This document shows, one piece after another, positions 1-9,104 of a stretch of 64,000 bases of DNA. Under the pieces are notes generated by a model. It was not told where the DNA came from, did not search any database, and was given only the letters and a program-made list of their open reading frames with translations. The stretch lies in the NCBI GenBank assembly GCA_964635275.1, contig CAZWPN010000003.1, positions 800 to 64,799 of the forward strand, in the 5' to 3' direction. Position 1 is the stretch's first letter. Every line of letters begins with the position of its first letter. The stretch comes from an uncultured Victivallales bacterium (GTDB lineage Bacteria; Verrucomicrobiota; Kiritimatiellia; UBA8416; CAZWPN01). Made by a program: the position numbers and the translations under genes.

Positions 1-137
1 GTAAACTGGTACGTCAGCTCGATGCCAGCCCGGTCCCAATGCTCTCCCATTGCACGCTCCAGAGCATCGAATGACCAGGGCCTTCCCGATTTCCGGTTGA
101 CCAGTACCTTGACTTTGGTTCGCGGCTTCAAAAGCAT
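1..137 (-). CDS. Diacylglycerol/lipid kinase family (YegS/DAGK-like) protein, 5' part only; runs off the window
   Basis: Not in the ORF track. Manual translation from ATG at 137: MLLKPRTKVKVLVNRKSGRPWSFDALERAMGEHWDRAGIELTYQF, resembling the DAGK N-terminal hhhhNPxSG motif; open to base 1. Confidence 0.6.
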   Translation of the reverse strand, partial: MLLKPRTKVKVLVNRKSGRPWSFDALERAMGEHWDRAGIELTYQF

Positions 138-169
138 GCCAAACGTTAGATTAACGCTGCCTACACATC

Positions 170-205
170 CAGAAAATAAGCGACGGACAGAAAATAGGCG
201 ACGGA
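170..205. repeat. Tandem 18-bp direct repeat
   Basis: CAGAAAATAAGCGACGGA (170-187) followed by CAGAAAATAGGCGACGGA (188-205), 1 mismatch, about 30 bp upstream of the DAGK-like start. Confidence 0.85.
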
Positions 206-697
206 ATGCGCTGATCCCCGGCTAACGGTCGGCCTTGATACGGTCAAGCCATGCGCGGCTCGTTGTCCACAGGCTCATCGGGAGGTTCACTCTTCCGTCG
301 TCCCGTAAACGTTGGATATGCCCGTTATGGGGGGAGGCTCCTGCCGAGCCGTGCCAGCAGCGCGCGTGCATGAACGAGCCCTTGCAAGTACGCCGCCTTA
401 GACGAGAATGCTTTAATGGTAACATTCTGTCGCTATGAGATGTGTCACAATAACACACGGGAGGCTGGTGGGCTGATGGCAAAAGAGACCAGAAGATTCC
501 CATCTGTTCTCGCCTTGTCTTCAGGTCGGCGCGGGTTTCCGGTATCGGAACCAGCGTTCTCGGCAAATGGCAGGTCCACACTCTGTTGTGGCCGAATGAA
601 GAGGGGACCATAATGTGAACTGCTGGAGGACTCCATCCAGCGATGGCATGGTGAATGCTTTGATTGTCAATAGCGGGATAATCCAAAAAGATGGAGA

Positions 698-2164
698 ATG
701 GGAATGAATAGAATCATGACTGGTGTATTGAGTTGTGCTCTTGTGGTCAGCGTGGTTGCGTTTGAAGCCATGGCGGCTGGTGGCGACAAGGATATGTTGC
801 GGGATGAGACCGCTGCGTTGAGGCGGCAGAGCGCCGCTTTTTCTGCCGTGGCTAGAAAGACGACGCCGGCCGTTGTATTCATTCAGGTCGAGAAGACAAT
901 TAACGCGAGGATGACTCATCCGCAGTACCAGTACAACGATCCGTACAACTTCTTCGGGGATGAGTTCATGGAGAGGTTCTTTCATGGGCGCTCTGCGAGA
1001 CCGAAAGAGCGCCAGTTTCGGCAGATGGGTCAGGGGTCCGGATTCTTAATCAGCAAGGATGGGTATATACTGACCAACAACCATGTGGTGGGCGATGCGG
1101 ACAGGATAACGGTAAAGATGAAGGACGGGCGTGAGTTTCTGGCCAAGCGAGTCGGGACGGACCCAAAGTCCGAGGTGGCCGTCATCAAGATAGATGGGGC
1201 CGAGTTTCCCTTTGTTGAACTGGGGGATTCAGCGCGGCTGGAAGTCGGAGAGTGGGTTGTGGCGGTTGGGAACCCATTTGGACTGAGCGAGACGGTGACG
1301 GCTGGGATAGTCAGTGCCAAGGGCAGGAGCGGCATGGGAATCGCCGACTATGAGAATTTCATTCAGACCGATGCGGCGATCAACCCCGGCAATTCTGGCG
1401 GGCCGCTTATCAATGTTGACGGCGAGGTGGTGGGGATAAATACCGCGATTTACAGTCAGAACGGTGGATACATGGGCATCGGCTTCGCGATTCCGATCAA
1501 TATGGCCAAGGAAATCAAAGACCAGTTGGTGAAGTCAGGCAAGGTTTCTCGCGGATTCCTCGGGATCAGCATCCAGGATGTCAATGCGGACATTGCGGAG
1601 TCACTCGGTCTTGACAAGGCATCGGGCATCCTGGTCAGCGATGTCATGAAGGGATCACCGGCGGAAAGGGCGGGAATCAATCAAGGCGACGTGATCATGA
1701 AGATGAACGGCGGCAATGTGGAGAGCACAAGTGCATTCAGGAATGAAGTGTCTTCGTGCCAGCCAGGATCGAAAGTCAGTCTAGGCATTCTACGCAAGGG
1801 CAAGGCGATGGAAATTGTGGCGACGACCGAGGCGCTCCCGGGTGAGGAAACGGGGTCGGCAGATACGGGTGTGAGCGGCGAATCGGATTGGGGGTTTACG
1901 GCCATAGATCTGACGCCTGAAACCGCCGGGCAACTGGGTGTCGAGATGGGTGATGGGGTCCTGGTATCGGAGGTGGCCGACGGCAGTGTCGCATGGCGGT
2001 CTGGCATTCAGCCGGGGCACCTGATTCTCGGCGTTAACCAGGCGTCCGTGAAGACTCTGAAGGAGCTGCGTACGGCCATGGCGAAGGTCGGCAAATCCAA
2101 AACGATTCTGCTGCTGACCAGGGCCGGCAAGAACTCCAGGTACGTTGTTTTGCGCAGAGAGTAG
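698..2164 (+). CDS. degP: HtrA/DegP/DegQ family periplasmic serine protease with two PDZ domains
   Basis: Signal peptide; TNNHVV (His), DPKSEVAVIKI (acidic residue E at the usual Asp position), IQTDAAINPGNSGGPL (Ser); two C-terminal PDZ-like segments. Confidence 0.95.
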   Translation: MGMNRIMTGVLSCALVVSVVAFEAMAAGGDKDMLRDETAALRRQSAAFSAVARKTTPAVVFIQVEKTINARMTHPQYQYNDPYNFFGDEFMERFFHGRSARPKERQFRQMGQGSGFLISKDGYILTNNHVVGDADRITVKMKDGREFLAKRVGTDPKSEVAVIKIDGAEFPFVELGDSARLEVGEWVVAVGNPFGLSETVTAGIVSAKGRSGMGIADYENFIQTDAAINPGNSGGPLINVDGEVVGINTAIYSQNGGYMGIGFAIPINMAKEIKDQLVKSGKVSRGFLGISIQDVNADIAESLGLDKASGILVSDVMKGSPAERAGINQGDVIMKMNGGNVESTSAFRNEVSSCQPGSKVSLGILRKGKAMEIVATTEALPGEETGSADTGVSGESDWGFTAIDLTPETAGQLGVEMGDGVLVSEVADGSVAWRSGIQPGHLILGVNQASVKTLKELRTAMAKVGKSKTILLLTRAGKNSRYVVLRRE

Positions 2165-2431
2165 CAACGACCGGCTGAAGGTGCTTTACAGAGGATTTGC
2201 TTCGTGGGATAGTTACGCCCCTTGGAGCGCAACCCGGAACTCTTTGGCGGGCACTTGTGAGTTGTACTGTGATCGCGGCTTGCCAAGAGATCTCGCCCTG
2301 CACGGGGAACCTCTACAGTTTGTTAGTTGCGAAGGGTGGTCTACGACTCAGGCGGGTGCGCTGCCGCAATAGCCTCCGCCATTAGTTGTGTCTGGAGTAT
2401 CGCGCTTAGGTGTGGATCGGGGATCAAACGC

Positions 2432-2731
2432 ATGCACTGGATCGGGGATTTCTTTGCTGTCATGGCCCATCCAATGGCCATTGTCGGGGTTGCAGGCCAG
2501 TCGGTGTTCTTCTCGCGGTTTCTGGTGCAGTGGCTGGCGTCTGAGAAGGCGGAGCGTTCGGTGATCCCGGACTCCTTCTGGTACCTCTCCCTGTGTGGAG
2601 GGCTGCTGACGCTGGTCTACGCCATTTGGCGGCGTGATCCCATCTTCACGGTGGCGCAGACGGTGGGGTTGTTCGTGTATGTCCGCAACATCGTGCTGGT
2701 GAGGAACGAGCGGCGGAAATCGTGCTCATAG
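2432..2731 (+). CDS. Stand-alone lipid-A-disaccharide synthase N-terminal (LAB_N) domain membrane protein
   Basis: GQSVFFSRFLVQWLASEKAERSVIPDSFWYLSLCGGLLTLVYAIWRRDPIF matches the LAB_N pattern; start moved from 2327 to ATG 2432. Confidence 0.85.
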   Translation: MHWIGDFFAVMAHPMAIVGVAGQSVFFSRFLVQWLASEKAERSVIPDSFWYLSLCGGLLTLVYAIWRRDPIFTVAQTVGLFVYVRNIVLVRNERRKSCS

Positions 2732-2769
2732 CCTTTGCTCAAGCCCGAGCCAACTTTCGGGACACGGCC

Positions 2770-3294
2770 CTACTTCTTATCGGTATCGGCACCGGCCGGT
2801 GGCACGACGGGTTGCGACGGCGGGGCATTCTCCTTCTTCATGCCGGACATATCAACCACGCGCGGACGAACGCTATGGGGCGGGGCGATACGGTAACCGT
2901 CCACCTTGAGGAGCTTGTTGGTGGCGCTGCCTTCGATCTCTTCGACAATCTTGCCGATGATCCGGACCCGTTTGTCGGTCGCAATCTCGGCCATTTTAAG
3001 GGACTGTTCATCCAGTTTGATGGCGTGAGACAGCTTCTCGTTGACGACCAGGTCCATCTTTACGATCTTGTTGCCGGTGTCCCTCTCAACCTTCAGTGTT
3101 CCCGGGTATCCCGGCAGTGCCGACAGCCGTGGAGTGGTTGTGGGTGTCGGCGGGGGAACAGTTTGTTGCGGGACAACCGGCGCGGCAACTACGGCGCTAT
3201 TCGGGGCTGGTACGGTTGGATCCACGGGCTGTTGGGCCAGAAGCAGGGTGGGGGTCATAGCGGCGATGCAGAGAATAACATGCGCGGTCTTCAT
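2770..3294 (-). CDS. Hypothetical secreted protein with Pro/Thr-rich linkers around a small beta-rich domain
   Basis: Signal-peptide-like N-terminus (MKTAHVILCIAAMTPTLLLAQQ), GGAGG RBS upstream, natural-looking composition. Confidence 0.75.
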   Translation of the reverse strand: MKTAHVILCIAAMTPTLLLAQQPVDPTVPAPNSAVVAAPVVPQQTVPPPTPTTTPRLSALPGYPGTLKVERDTGNKIVKMDLVVNEKLSHAIKLDEQSLKMAEIATDKRVRIIGKIVEEIEGSATNKLLKVDGYRIAPPHSVRPRVVDMSGMKKENAPPSQPVVPPAGADTDKK

Positions 3295-3388
3295 TCAGGT
3301 TCCTCCGTATGGTGTTGCTTGCGATAGTCCGTCGCGGCGCCCGTCACTGAGAGTATTAGCTTGCGCTCCGACAGTAAAGCGTATTATC

Positions 3389-6300
3389 TCACTTCCTTCG
3401 ACGCGGCGACGAGAGGTACTTGGCCAGGATTCCTGCCGTCCACGAGCGGCTGGGTGGGGCGCTGGTCAGATCTTCAGGGGTTCCGGCGGCAACAACCTCG
3501 CCGCCGCTCTCGCCGCCGTCGGGACCCATGTCAATGATCCAGTCCGCCTCTGCCATCATGTCGAGGTTGTGCTCGATCACGACAACTGAATTGCCGGCGT
3601 CCACCAAGCGATGGAGAACGCGGACGAGTTTCTCGACATCCGCCATGTGCAGACCGATGGTCGGTTCGTCCAGAACGTACAGCGTCCCTCCGTTGCCGGA
3701 ACGATTTGCTCTTCCGGCTTTTGACAGGGAGACGCTCTTTTGTGACCGTTCCCGGGATGGCGGGCTCTGGAGGCTCTGGTGCTCTGGAACGGCGGAACGG
3801 CCAGATCGGCAACGGGCCAGTTCGGTCACGAGTTTGATACGCTGCGCCTCGCCTCCGCTCAGAGTTGGACTTTGTTGCCCCAGTTTCATGTAGCCCAGAC
3901 CAACCTCTTGTAGCAGGCGAAGCGAACTGTGGATCGGGGGCTGTGAGGCAAAGAAGACGGATGCCTCGTCCACGCTCATCGCCAGAACCTCGGCTATTGA
4001 GCGTTCCTTGAAAAGAGCGCCTAGCGTGTCGGGCGTGAATCGCCGTCCTTCGCAGACCTCACAGGGAACGGTAACATCCGGAAGGAAACTCATTTCTATG
4101 CGGCGGACGCCCTGGCCTTCGCATGCGTCGCAACGTCCGCCGGGCACATTGAAGGAGAACCGTGCCGGGCCGTAGCCGCGCAGGCGGGCCTCGGGCGTTT
4201 CCGCGAACAGTCTGCGGATGTCATCCCAGAACCCGACATAAGTTGCGGGACAGGACCGTGGCGTCTTGCCGATCGGAGTCTGGTCGACCTCCATGACACG
4301 GTCGACGCCTTCGTGTCCGAGCAACGCGTCGCATCCGACGACTTGTACGCAGGCCCGTCTGGTTCTGCGGCCTGCGCTACGCGCCTGCCTGTGCAGGGCT
4401 GACAGTGATCCATGCAGGACGTTACGGACCAGTGTGCTTTTTCCGCTACCGCTGACCCCGGTGACACAAACCAGGCGGTTCAGCGGGACGGGGATGCGCA
4501 GTGCCTTTAGGTTATGCATCCGGGCATTCACAACGGTCAGGCATGGCCCCGTAACATGACCCTCCGGAGTCCGTTGGACGGGACGGCGTCCGCCCGTGAG
4601 CGGGTGCTTCATGGGATTCCTGAGGCAGCGGCCCGTGAGCGACTCGGGATGCCGGAGCAGGGTTTGAAGCGATCCCTGGCAGACCACCCGGCCGCCGTCG
4701 ACGCCTGCGCCGGGCCCGAGGTCAACGATATGGTCGGCTCGTCGTATTGTTTCCTCGTCGTGCTCGACGAGTATCACGGTGTTCCCATGGGTCTGGAGTT
4801 CGTGCAGGGTATCCAGCAGCAGACGGTTATCCCTTGGGTGGAGTCCGATGGTGGGCTCATCGAGGATGTAGCATACGCCGCGAAGATTGGATCCCAGTTG
4901 CGATGCCAGACGGATTCGTTGCGCTTCGCCGCCGCTTAGGGTCGGTGCCGCACGATCCAGCGTCAGGTAGGGCAGTCCGACCCTGGAGAGAAACTCGAGG
5001 CGCGAGTGAATCTCCCGGACGATGTCGCGTCCGATTTCGGATTCCCCTGGTTCAAGGGCGAGCCGGTCGAAGTATTTCCGCGCGGCGTCAACCGACAGGG
5101 CCGTGATGTCGGCTATGGATGCCGTCCGGAAGGTGACGGAAAGTGCTTCTTCGCGCAGGCGTCGGCCATGGCATGACGGGCACGCTGTTTCGGCACCCTC
5201 CCACCAAGCGTTCCAGGCGATTTCCTCGCCTGTCTGTTCCTCGTCAAACCCCGGCAAATGGAGGCCGGTTCCGAAGCACTTCTGGCACCATCCGTGCCGG
5301 GAGTTGAACGAGAAGAGGCGCGGATCCATTTCGGGGAAGTTGCGGTGGCATCCAGGGCACGACCGGTGGATGGAGTAGAATGCCGGGGCCGGGCTCAGGC
5401 GGCTGCCCGCGCTGCCTGCGCCGCCATCGGGCACGGCCATTATCGCACCGCGGCCGAATTGCAACGCAGATCCCAATAGTACGCGCAACTCAGCCTCGTA
5501 TTCGGGCGCGGCGCGGACGCGGCCTACCGGCAGCTCGATATTGTGCTCGCGGAAGCGGTCCAGCCGAGGCCATTTCCCGGTCGGAATCATGGCGCCATCC
5601 ACTCGCAAGTGCCGGTAGCCCTTGGACAATGCCCAGGCGGCAAGGTCCGTGTAGAGGCCCTTTCGTGCGACGACAAGCGGCGCCAGCAATGCGACGGGGC
5701 GGTTGAGCCATGTTTTCATCAGACTCGCTAGAATGGCGTCTGGCGTCTGCGGGCGGATGGCTATCCGGCAGTCGGGGCAGTGCTGGATGCCGAGTTTAAC
5801 GAACAGAAGGCGAAGGAAATGGTATATTTCGGTGGTCGTAGCGACGGTGCTCTTACGTCCGCCCCGGCTGGTTCGTTGTTCGATTGCCACGGTTGGGGGG
5901 ATACCGAATATGGCGTCTACGTCTGGCCGGCTCGCCGGCTGGACAAACTGCCGGGCGTAAGCGTTGATCGATTCCAGGTATCGGCGTTGGCCCTCGGCGA
6001 AGAGTATGTCGAATGCCAGTGTGCTTTTCCCGCTGCCGCTGATTCCGGTAATAACGGACAGTGCGTTGAGGGGCAAGGTGACATTGATGTTCTTCAGGTT
6101 GTGCTCGCGGGCGTTATGGACACGGATGACCGGATGCGTTTGCCGGGCCTTCTTCTCTGCTGTATTGCTTCCGTCTCCGACGGAACAGGGCGGGGTGTGC
6201 ATACCACGCAGAGCCGTGCCGGTGTGGCTTTGCGCGCAGGCTGCCACGTCGATAGGAGTACCCTCGCAAACAAGATATCCACCCGCATCGCCACCTTCCG

Positions 6301-8977
6301 GCCCCAGGTCAATGATCCAGTCCGCCGTACGGATCAGATCCAGATTGTGTTCGATGACAACCACCGAGTGCCCCTCGTTGAGGAGTTCGCGCAGTGCCCG
6401 GAGGAGCTTGCCGATGTCATCGGAATGAAGTCCCGTGGTGGGCTCGTCAAAGAGAAATAGAGTTCCCCGCCCGCCCTTCATGGATCGCGAACGGTGCTCC
6501 GAGAGGTGTCCGGCGAGTTTCAGGCGCTGGGCTTCGCCGCCGCTGAGGGTTGGCACGGGTTGGCCGAGGTGCAGATAGTCCAAACCCACGCTCATGAGGG
6601 GTCGAAGCGCCTGCAGTATGGCTTCATACGCGGCAAAGACGACGCAGGCTTCAGCGACCGTCAGGTCAAGAACATCCGCCACTGAGTGCCGGCCAAAAAG
6701 TTTTACATCGAGGATCTCATGACGGTAACGGCGTCCGGCGCAGTCGGGGCACCGCAGGTAGACATCGCTCAGGAACTGCATTTCCACATGCTGGAATCCG
6801 TTGCCTCCGCAGGCGGGACACCGTCCGTTTCCCGAGTTGAAGCTGAATGTGCCGGCGGTGTATCCGCGTCGCCGGGCCGTGGACTCGCCGGCGAAAAGGC
6901 GGCGGATGCGATCGAAGACGCCGACGTAACTGGCTGGGTTTGACCGTGTGGTTTTGCCGATTGGTGACTGGTCAACCAGGATGACCTCATCCATCTGATC
7001 CCAACCGCGAAGGCCGCTGTGGCGTCCGGGAGCCTCAGTCGGCAGCCGCATGGCCCTGCGGATGGCGGGGTAGCAGACATCCTGGATCAAGGTGGACTTG
7101 CCTGAGCCGCTGACGCCTGTGATGCAAACGAGGCGGTTAAGCGGGATGCGCACGTCGATGTTCTTCAGGTTATGTTCGGCGGCGCCGGTGATTTCCAGCC
7201 AGCGGGTTGGCGGGACCGGCATTTCCGGACGCCCCACCGTTCGGCGGCCGGACAGGTAGTCCGCGGTCAGCGAGGACCGGCATGCCAGGAGTTCCGGCAG
7301 TGGCCCGGAGAAAACGATCTGGCCGCCGCGCTCTCCTGGACCCGGGCCCAGGTCGAGAACCCTATCTGCCGCAGCAATTACGTCGGGATCGTGTTCCACG
7401 ATGACCAGCGTGTTGCCTGCATCGCGAAGCCGGTGAAGAATGCCGATCAGGCGGTGAATGTTGCGCGGGTGCAACCCGATGCTCGGCTCATCGAGAACGA
7501 AAAGGGTGTTAACCAGTGATGTTCCCAAGGCTGTGGTGAGGTTGATTCGCTGAACTTCGCCACCGCTCAGGGTGCGGGACTGACGGTCCAGTGTGAGGTA
7601 GTCCAGTCCCACTTCCACCAGGTACCCGAGGCGGGTCCGGATGCCATCGAGCAGCAGTTTCGATGCCTCGTCCAGCGGCGCCGGCAGAGCCAACTTACGG
7701 AAGAAGCGATGGCACTCCCCGATTGGAAGCAGCGCAATATCCTGGAGGGTAAGCCCGTTGCCTGGGCCGATGCGCCAGAGCAGGGCATCTGGTTTCAGAC
7801 GGCTCCCGCCGCACTCAGGGCAGACCTGATATGCGCGATATTTGGACAGCAGGACACGGATATGCATCCGGTAGCTCTTGGATTCAAGCCATCCGAAGAA
7901 GCGGGAGACTCCGTACCACACGCCATCCTCCCACCGTCCTTCTCCGTCAAGGACCCAGCGTTGCTGCGCCTGGGTAAGGTCCCGCCACGCCACGCCGGTC
8001 GGGATGCCCCTCTGGCGGGCGAAGGACATCATGTCGTCCTGGCATTCGCGGTAACTCTCGCTTTGCCACGGACGGATGGCGCCGTCCTTGAGAGTGCGCG
8101 TGTTGTCCGGGATGACGAGACCGTAGTCGATGCTGATGGTGCGTCCGAATCCGCGGCACTTCTCGCACGCCCCGATTGGTGAATTGAACGAGAACAGGCT
8201 TTGAGTGGGGTTGCGGTAGGCGATGTCGCAGTCGGGGCAATGCAGTCCAATCGAGAAACGCATGGGATCGGGGGCCGACTCGGCATGGAGGTTGACTCTG
8301 CCCTGACCATGCCGGAATGCCTTCTCGAGGTCATCCAGGATGCGTGACCGTCGGGACACGGAGAACGGCAGGCGATCCTGAATTACCTCCAGGCAGCCGG
8401 CCCGGCGGGAAAAGAGCCGCGAGTATCCTTGGCGCGAGAGCAGCGATTCCGCCTCGGCATCGCTGAAGTTGTGCGGCACGGAAACAGGGAATGTGATAGT
8501 CCACTCGGTGGGAAGGGATGACGCAGCCTGCAAGTCCATGATGCGCTGGAAGACGGTGAGTGGGGTGTCGCCCTGCACTGGCTTGGCACACTGCCGGCAG
8601 TGCAGGCGAGCGGCGCGGGCAAACAGCAATTTCAAATGGTCAGACAGTTCCGTCATTGTGCCGACCGTGGAGCGCGACGCCCTGACGGTGTTGGTCTGGT
8701 CAATGGCGATTGCCGGCGGGATGCCTTCGATGCGATCCACCCGCGGCTTGTCCATGCGGTCCAGGAACTGCCGGGCATAAGGCGAAAATGTTTCCACGTA
8801 CCGCCGCTGGCCCTCGGCGTACAGGATGTCAAAGGCAAGGGAGGACTTGCCGGAACCGCTGACGCCGGTCAGGACCGTGATCTTGCCCAGCGGGATGTCT
8901 ACATCCAGTCCCTTGAGGTTATTCTGGCTTGCGCCGACGATCCGAATGCATTCCTCCTGTGTCGGCTTGATACGCAT
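3389..8977 (-). CDS. uvrA: Excinuclease ABC subunit A, double-length form (four ABC cassettes, 1862 aa)
   Basis: Four Walker A motifs (GVSGSGKS x3, GISGSGKS), four LSGGE signatures, four hhDEP Walker B motifs, CxxC zinc fingers, UvrA-typical EGQRRYVETFSPYARQFL. Confidence 0.95.
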   Translation of the reverse strand: MRIKPTQEECIRIVGASQNNLKGLDVDIPLGKITVLTGVSGSGKSSLAFDILYAEGQRRYVETFSPYARQFLDRMDKPRVDRIEGIPPAIAIDQTNTVRASRSTVGTMTELSDHLKLLFARAARLHCRQCAKPVQGDTPLTVFQRIMDLQAASSLPTEWTITFPVSVPHNFSDAEAESLLSRQGYSRLFSRRAGCLEVIQDRLPFSVSRRSRILDDLEKAFRHGQGRVNLHAESAPDPMRFSIGLHCPDCDIAYRNPTQSLFSFNSPIGACEKCRGFGRTISIDYGLVIPDNTRTLKDGAIRPWQSESYRECQDDMMSFARQRGIPTGVAWRDLTQAQQRWVLDGEGRWEDGVWYGVSRFFGWLESKSYRMHIRVLLSKYRAYQVCPECGGSRLKPDALLWRIGPGNGLTLQDIALLPIGECHRFFRKLALPAPLDEASKLLLDGIRTRLGYLVEVGLDYLTLDRQSRTLSGGEVQRINLTTALGTSLVNTLFVLDEPSIGLHPRNIHRLIGILHRLRDAGNTLVIVEHDPDVIAAADRVLDLGPGPGERGGQIVFSGPLPELLACRSSLTADYLSGRRTVGRPEMPVPPTRWLEITGAAEHNLKNIDVRIPLNRLVCITGVSGSGKSTLIQDVCYPAIRRAMRLPTEAPGRHSGLRGWDQMDEVILVDQSPIGKTTRSNPASYVGVFDRIRRLFAGESTARRRGYTAGTFSFNSGNGRCPACGGNGFQHVEMQFLSDVYLRCPDCAGRRYRHEILDVKLFGRHSVADVLDLTVAEACVVFAAYEAILQALRPLMSVGLDYLHLGQPVPTLSGGEAQRLKLAGHLSEHRSRSMKGGRGTLFLFDEPTTGLHSDDIGKLLRALRELLNEGHSVVVIEHNLDLIRTADWIIDLGPEGGDAGGYLVCEGTPIDVAACAQSHTGTALRGMHTPPCSVGDGSNTAEKKARQTHPVIRVHNAREHNLKNINVTLPLNALSVITGISGSGKSTLAFDILFAEGQRRYLESINAYARQFVQPASRPDVDAIFGIPPTVAIEQRTSRGGRKSTVATTTEIYHFLRLLFVKLGIQHCPDCRIAIRPQTPDAILASLMKTWLNRPVALLAPLVVARKGLYTDLAAWALSKGYRHLRVDGAMIPTGKWPRLDRFREHNIELPVGRVRAAPEYEAELRVLLGSALQFGRGAIMAVPDGGAGSAGSRLSPAPAFYSIHRSCPGCHRNFPEMDPRLFSFNSRHGWCQKCFGTGLHLPGFDEEQTGEEIAWNAWWEGAETACPSCHGRRLREEALSVTFRTASIADITALSVDAARKYFDRLALEPGESEIGRDIVREIHSRLEFLSRVGLPYLTLDRAAPTLSGGEAQRIRLASQLGSNLRGVCYILDEPTIGLHPRDNRLLLDTLHELQTHGNTVILVEHDEETIRRADHIVDLGPGAGVDGGRVVCQGSLQTLLRHPESLTGRCLRNPMKHPLTGGRRPVQRTPEGHVTGPCLTVVNARMHNLKALRIPVPLNRLVCVTGVSGSGKSTLVRNVLHGSLSALHRQARSAGRRTRRACVQVVGCDALLGHEGVDRVMEVDQTPIGKTPRSCPATYVGFWDDIRRLFAETPEARLRGYGPARFSFNVPGGRCDACEGQGVRRIEMSFLPDVTVPCEVCEGRRFTPDTLGALFKERSIAEVLAMSVDEASVFFASQPPIHSSLRLLQEVGLGYMKLGQQSPTLSGGEAQRIKLVTELARCRSGRSAVPEHQSLQSPPSRERSQKSVSLSKAGRANRSGNGGTLYVLDEPTIGLHMADVEKLVRVLHRLVDAGNSVVVIEHNLDMMAEADWIIDMGPDGGESGGEVVAAGTPEDLTSAPPSRSWTAGILAKYLSSPRRRK

Positions 8978-9030
8978 AAGCCTCTATCATACCTCAGCCG
9001 GTAATTCGGGGAACACCACTAAGTTGGGGC

Positions 9031-9057
9031 GCGATACTTTTTGCGATACTTTTTGCG
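9031..9057. repeat. Tandem 12-bp direct repeat in the uvrA / hybrid-kinase divergent promoter
   Basis: GCGATACTTTTT x2 (9031-9054) plus GCG. Confidence 0.85.
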
Positions 9058-9104
9058 CTTGTGGCATTGCGACTGGCTGACTAAAATCAATCAGGTACGG
9101 ATAT

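Noticed and set aside
222-686. 154-aa minus-strand ORF upstream of the DAGK-like gene
   Set aside because: No recognisable motif or clear RBS; kept only as part of the unexplained intergenic region.
9002-9015. Possible LexA box (TGTTC-N4-GAACA type) upstream of uvrA
   Set aside because: Only the GAACA half matches; the left half TAATT is too degenerate.
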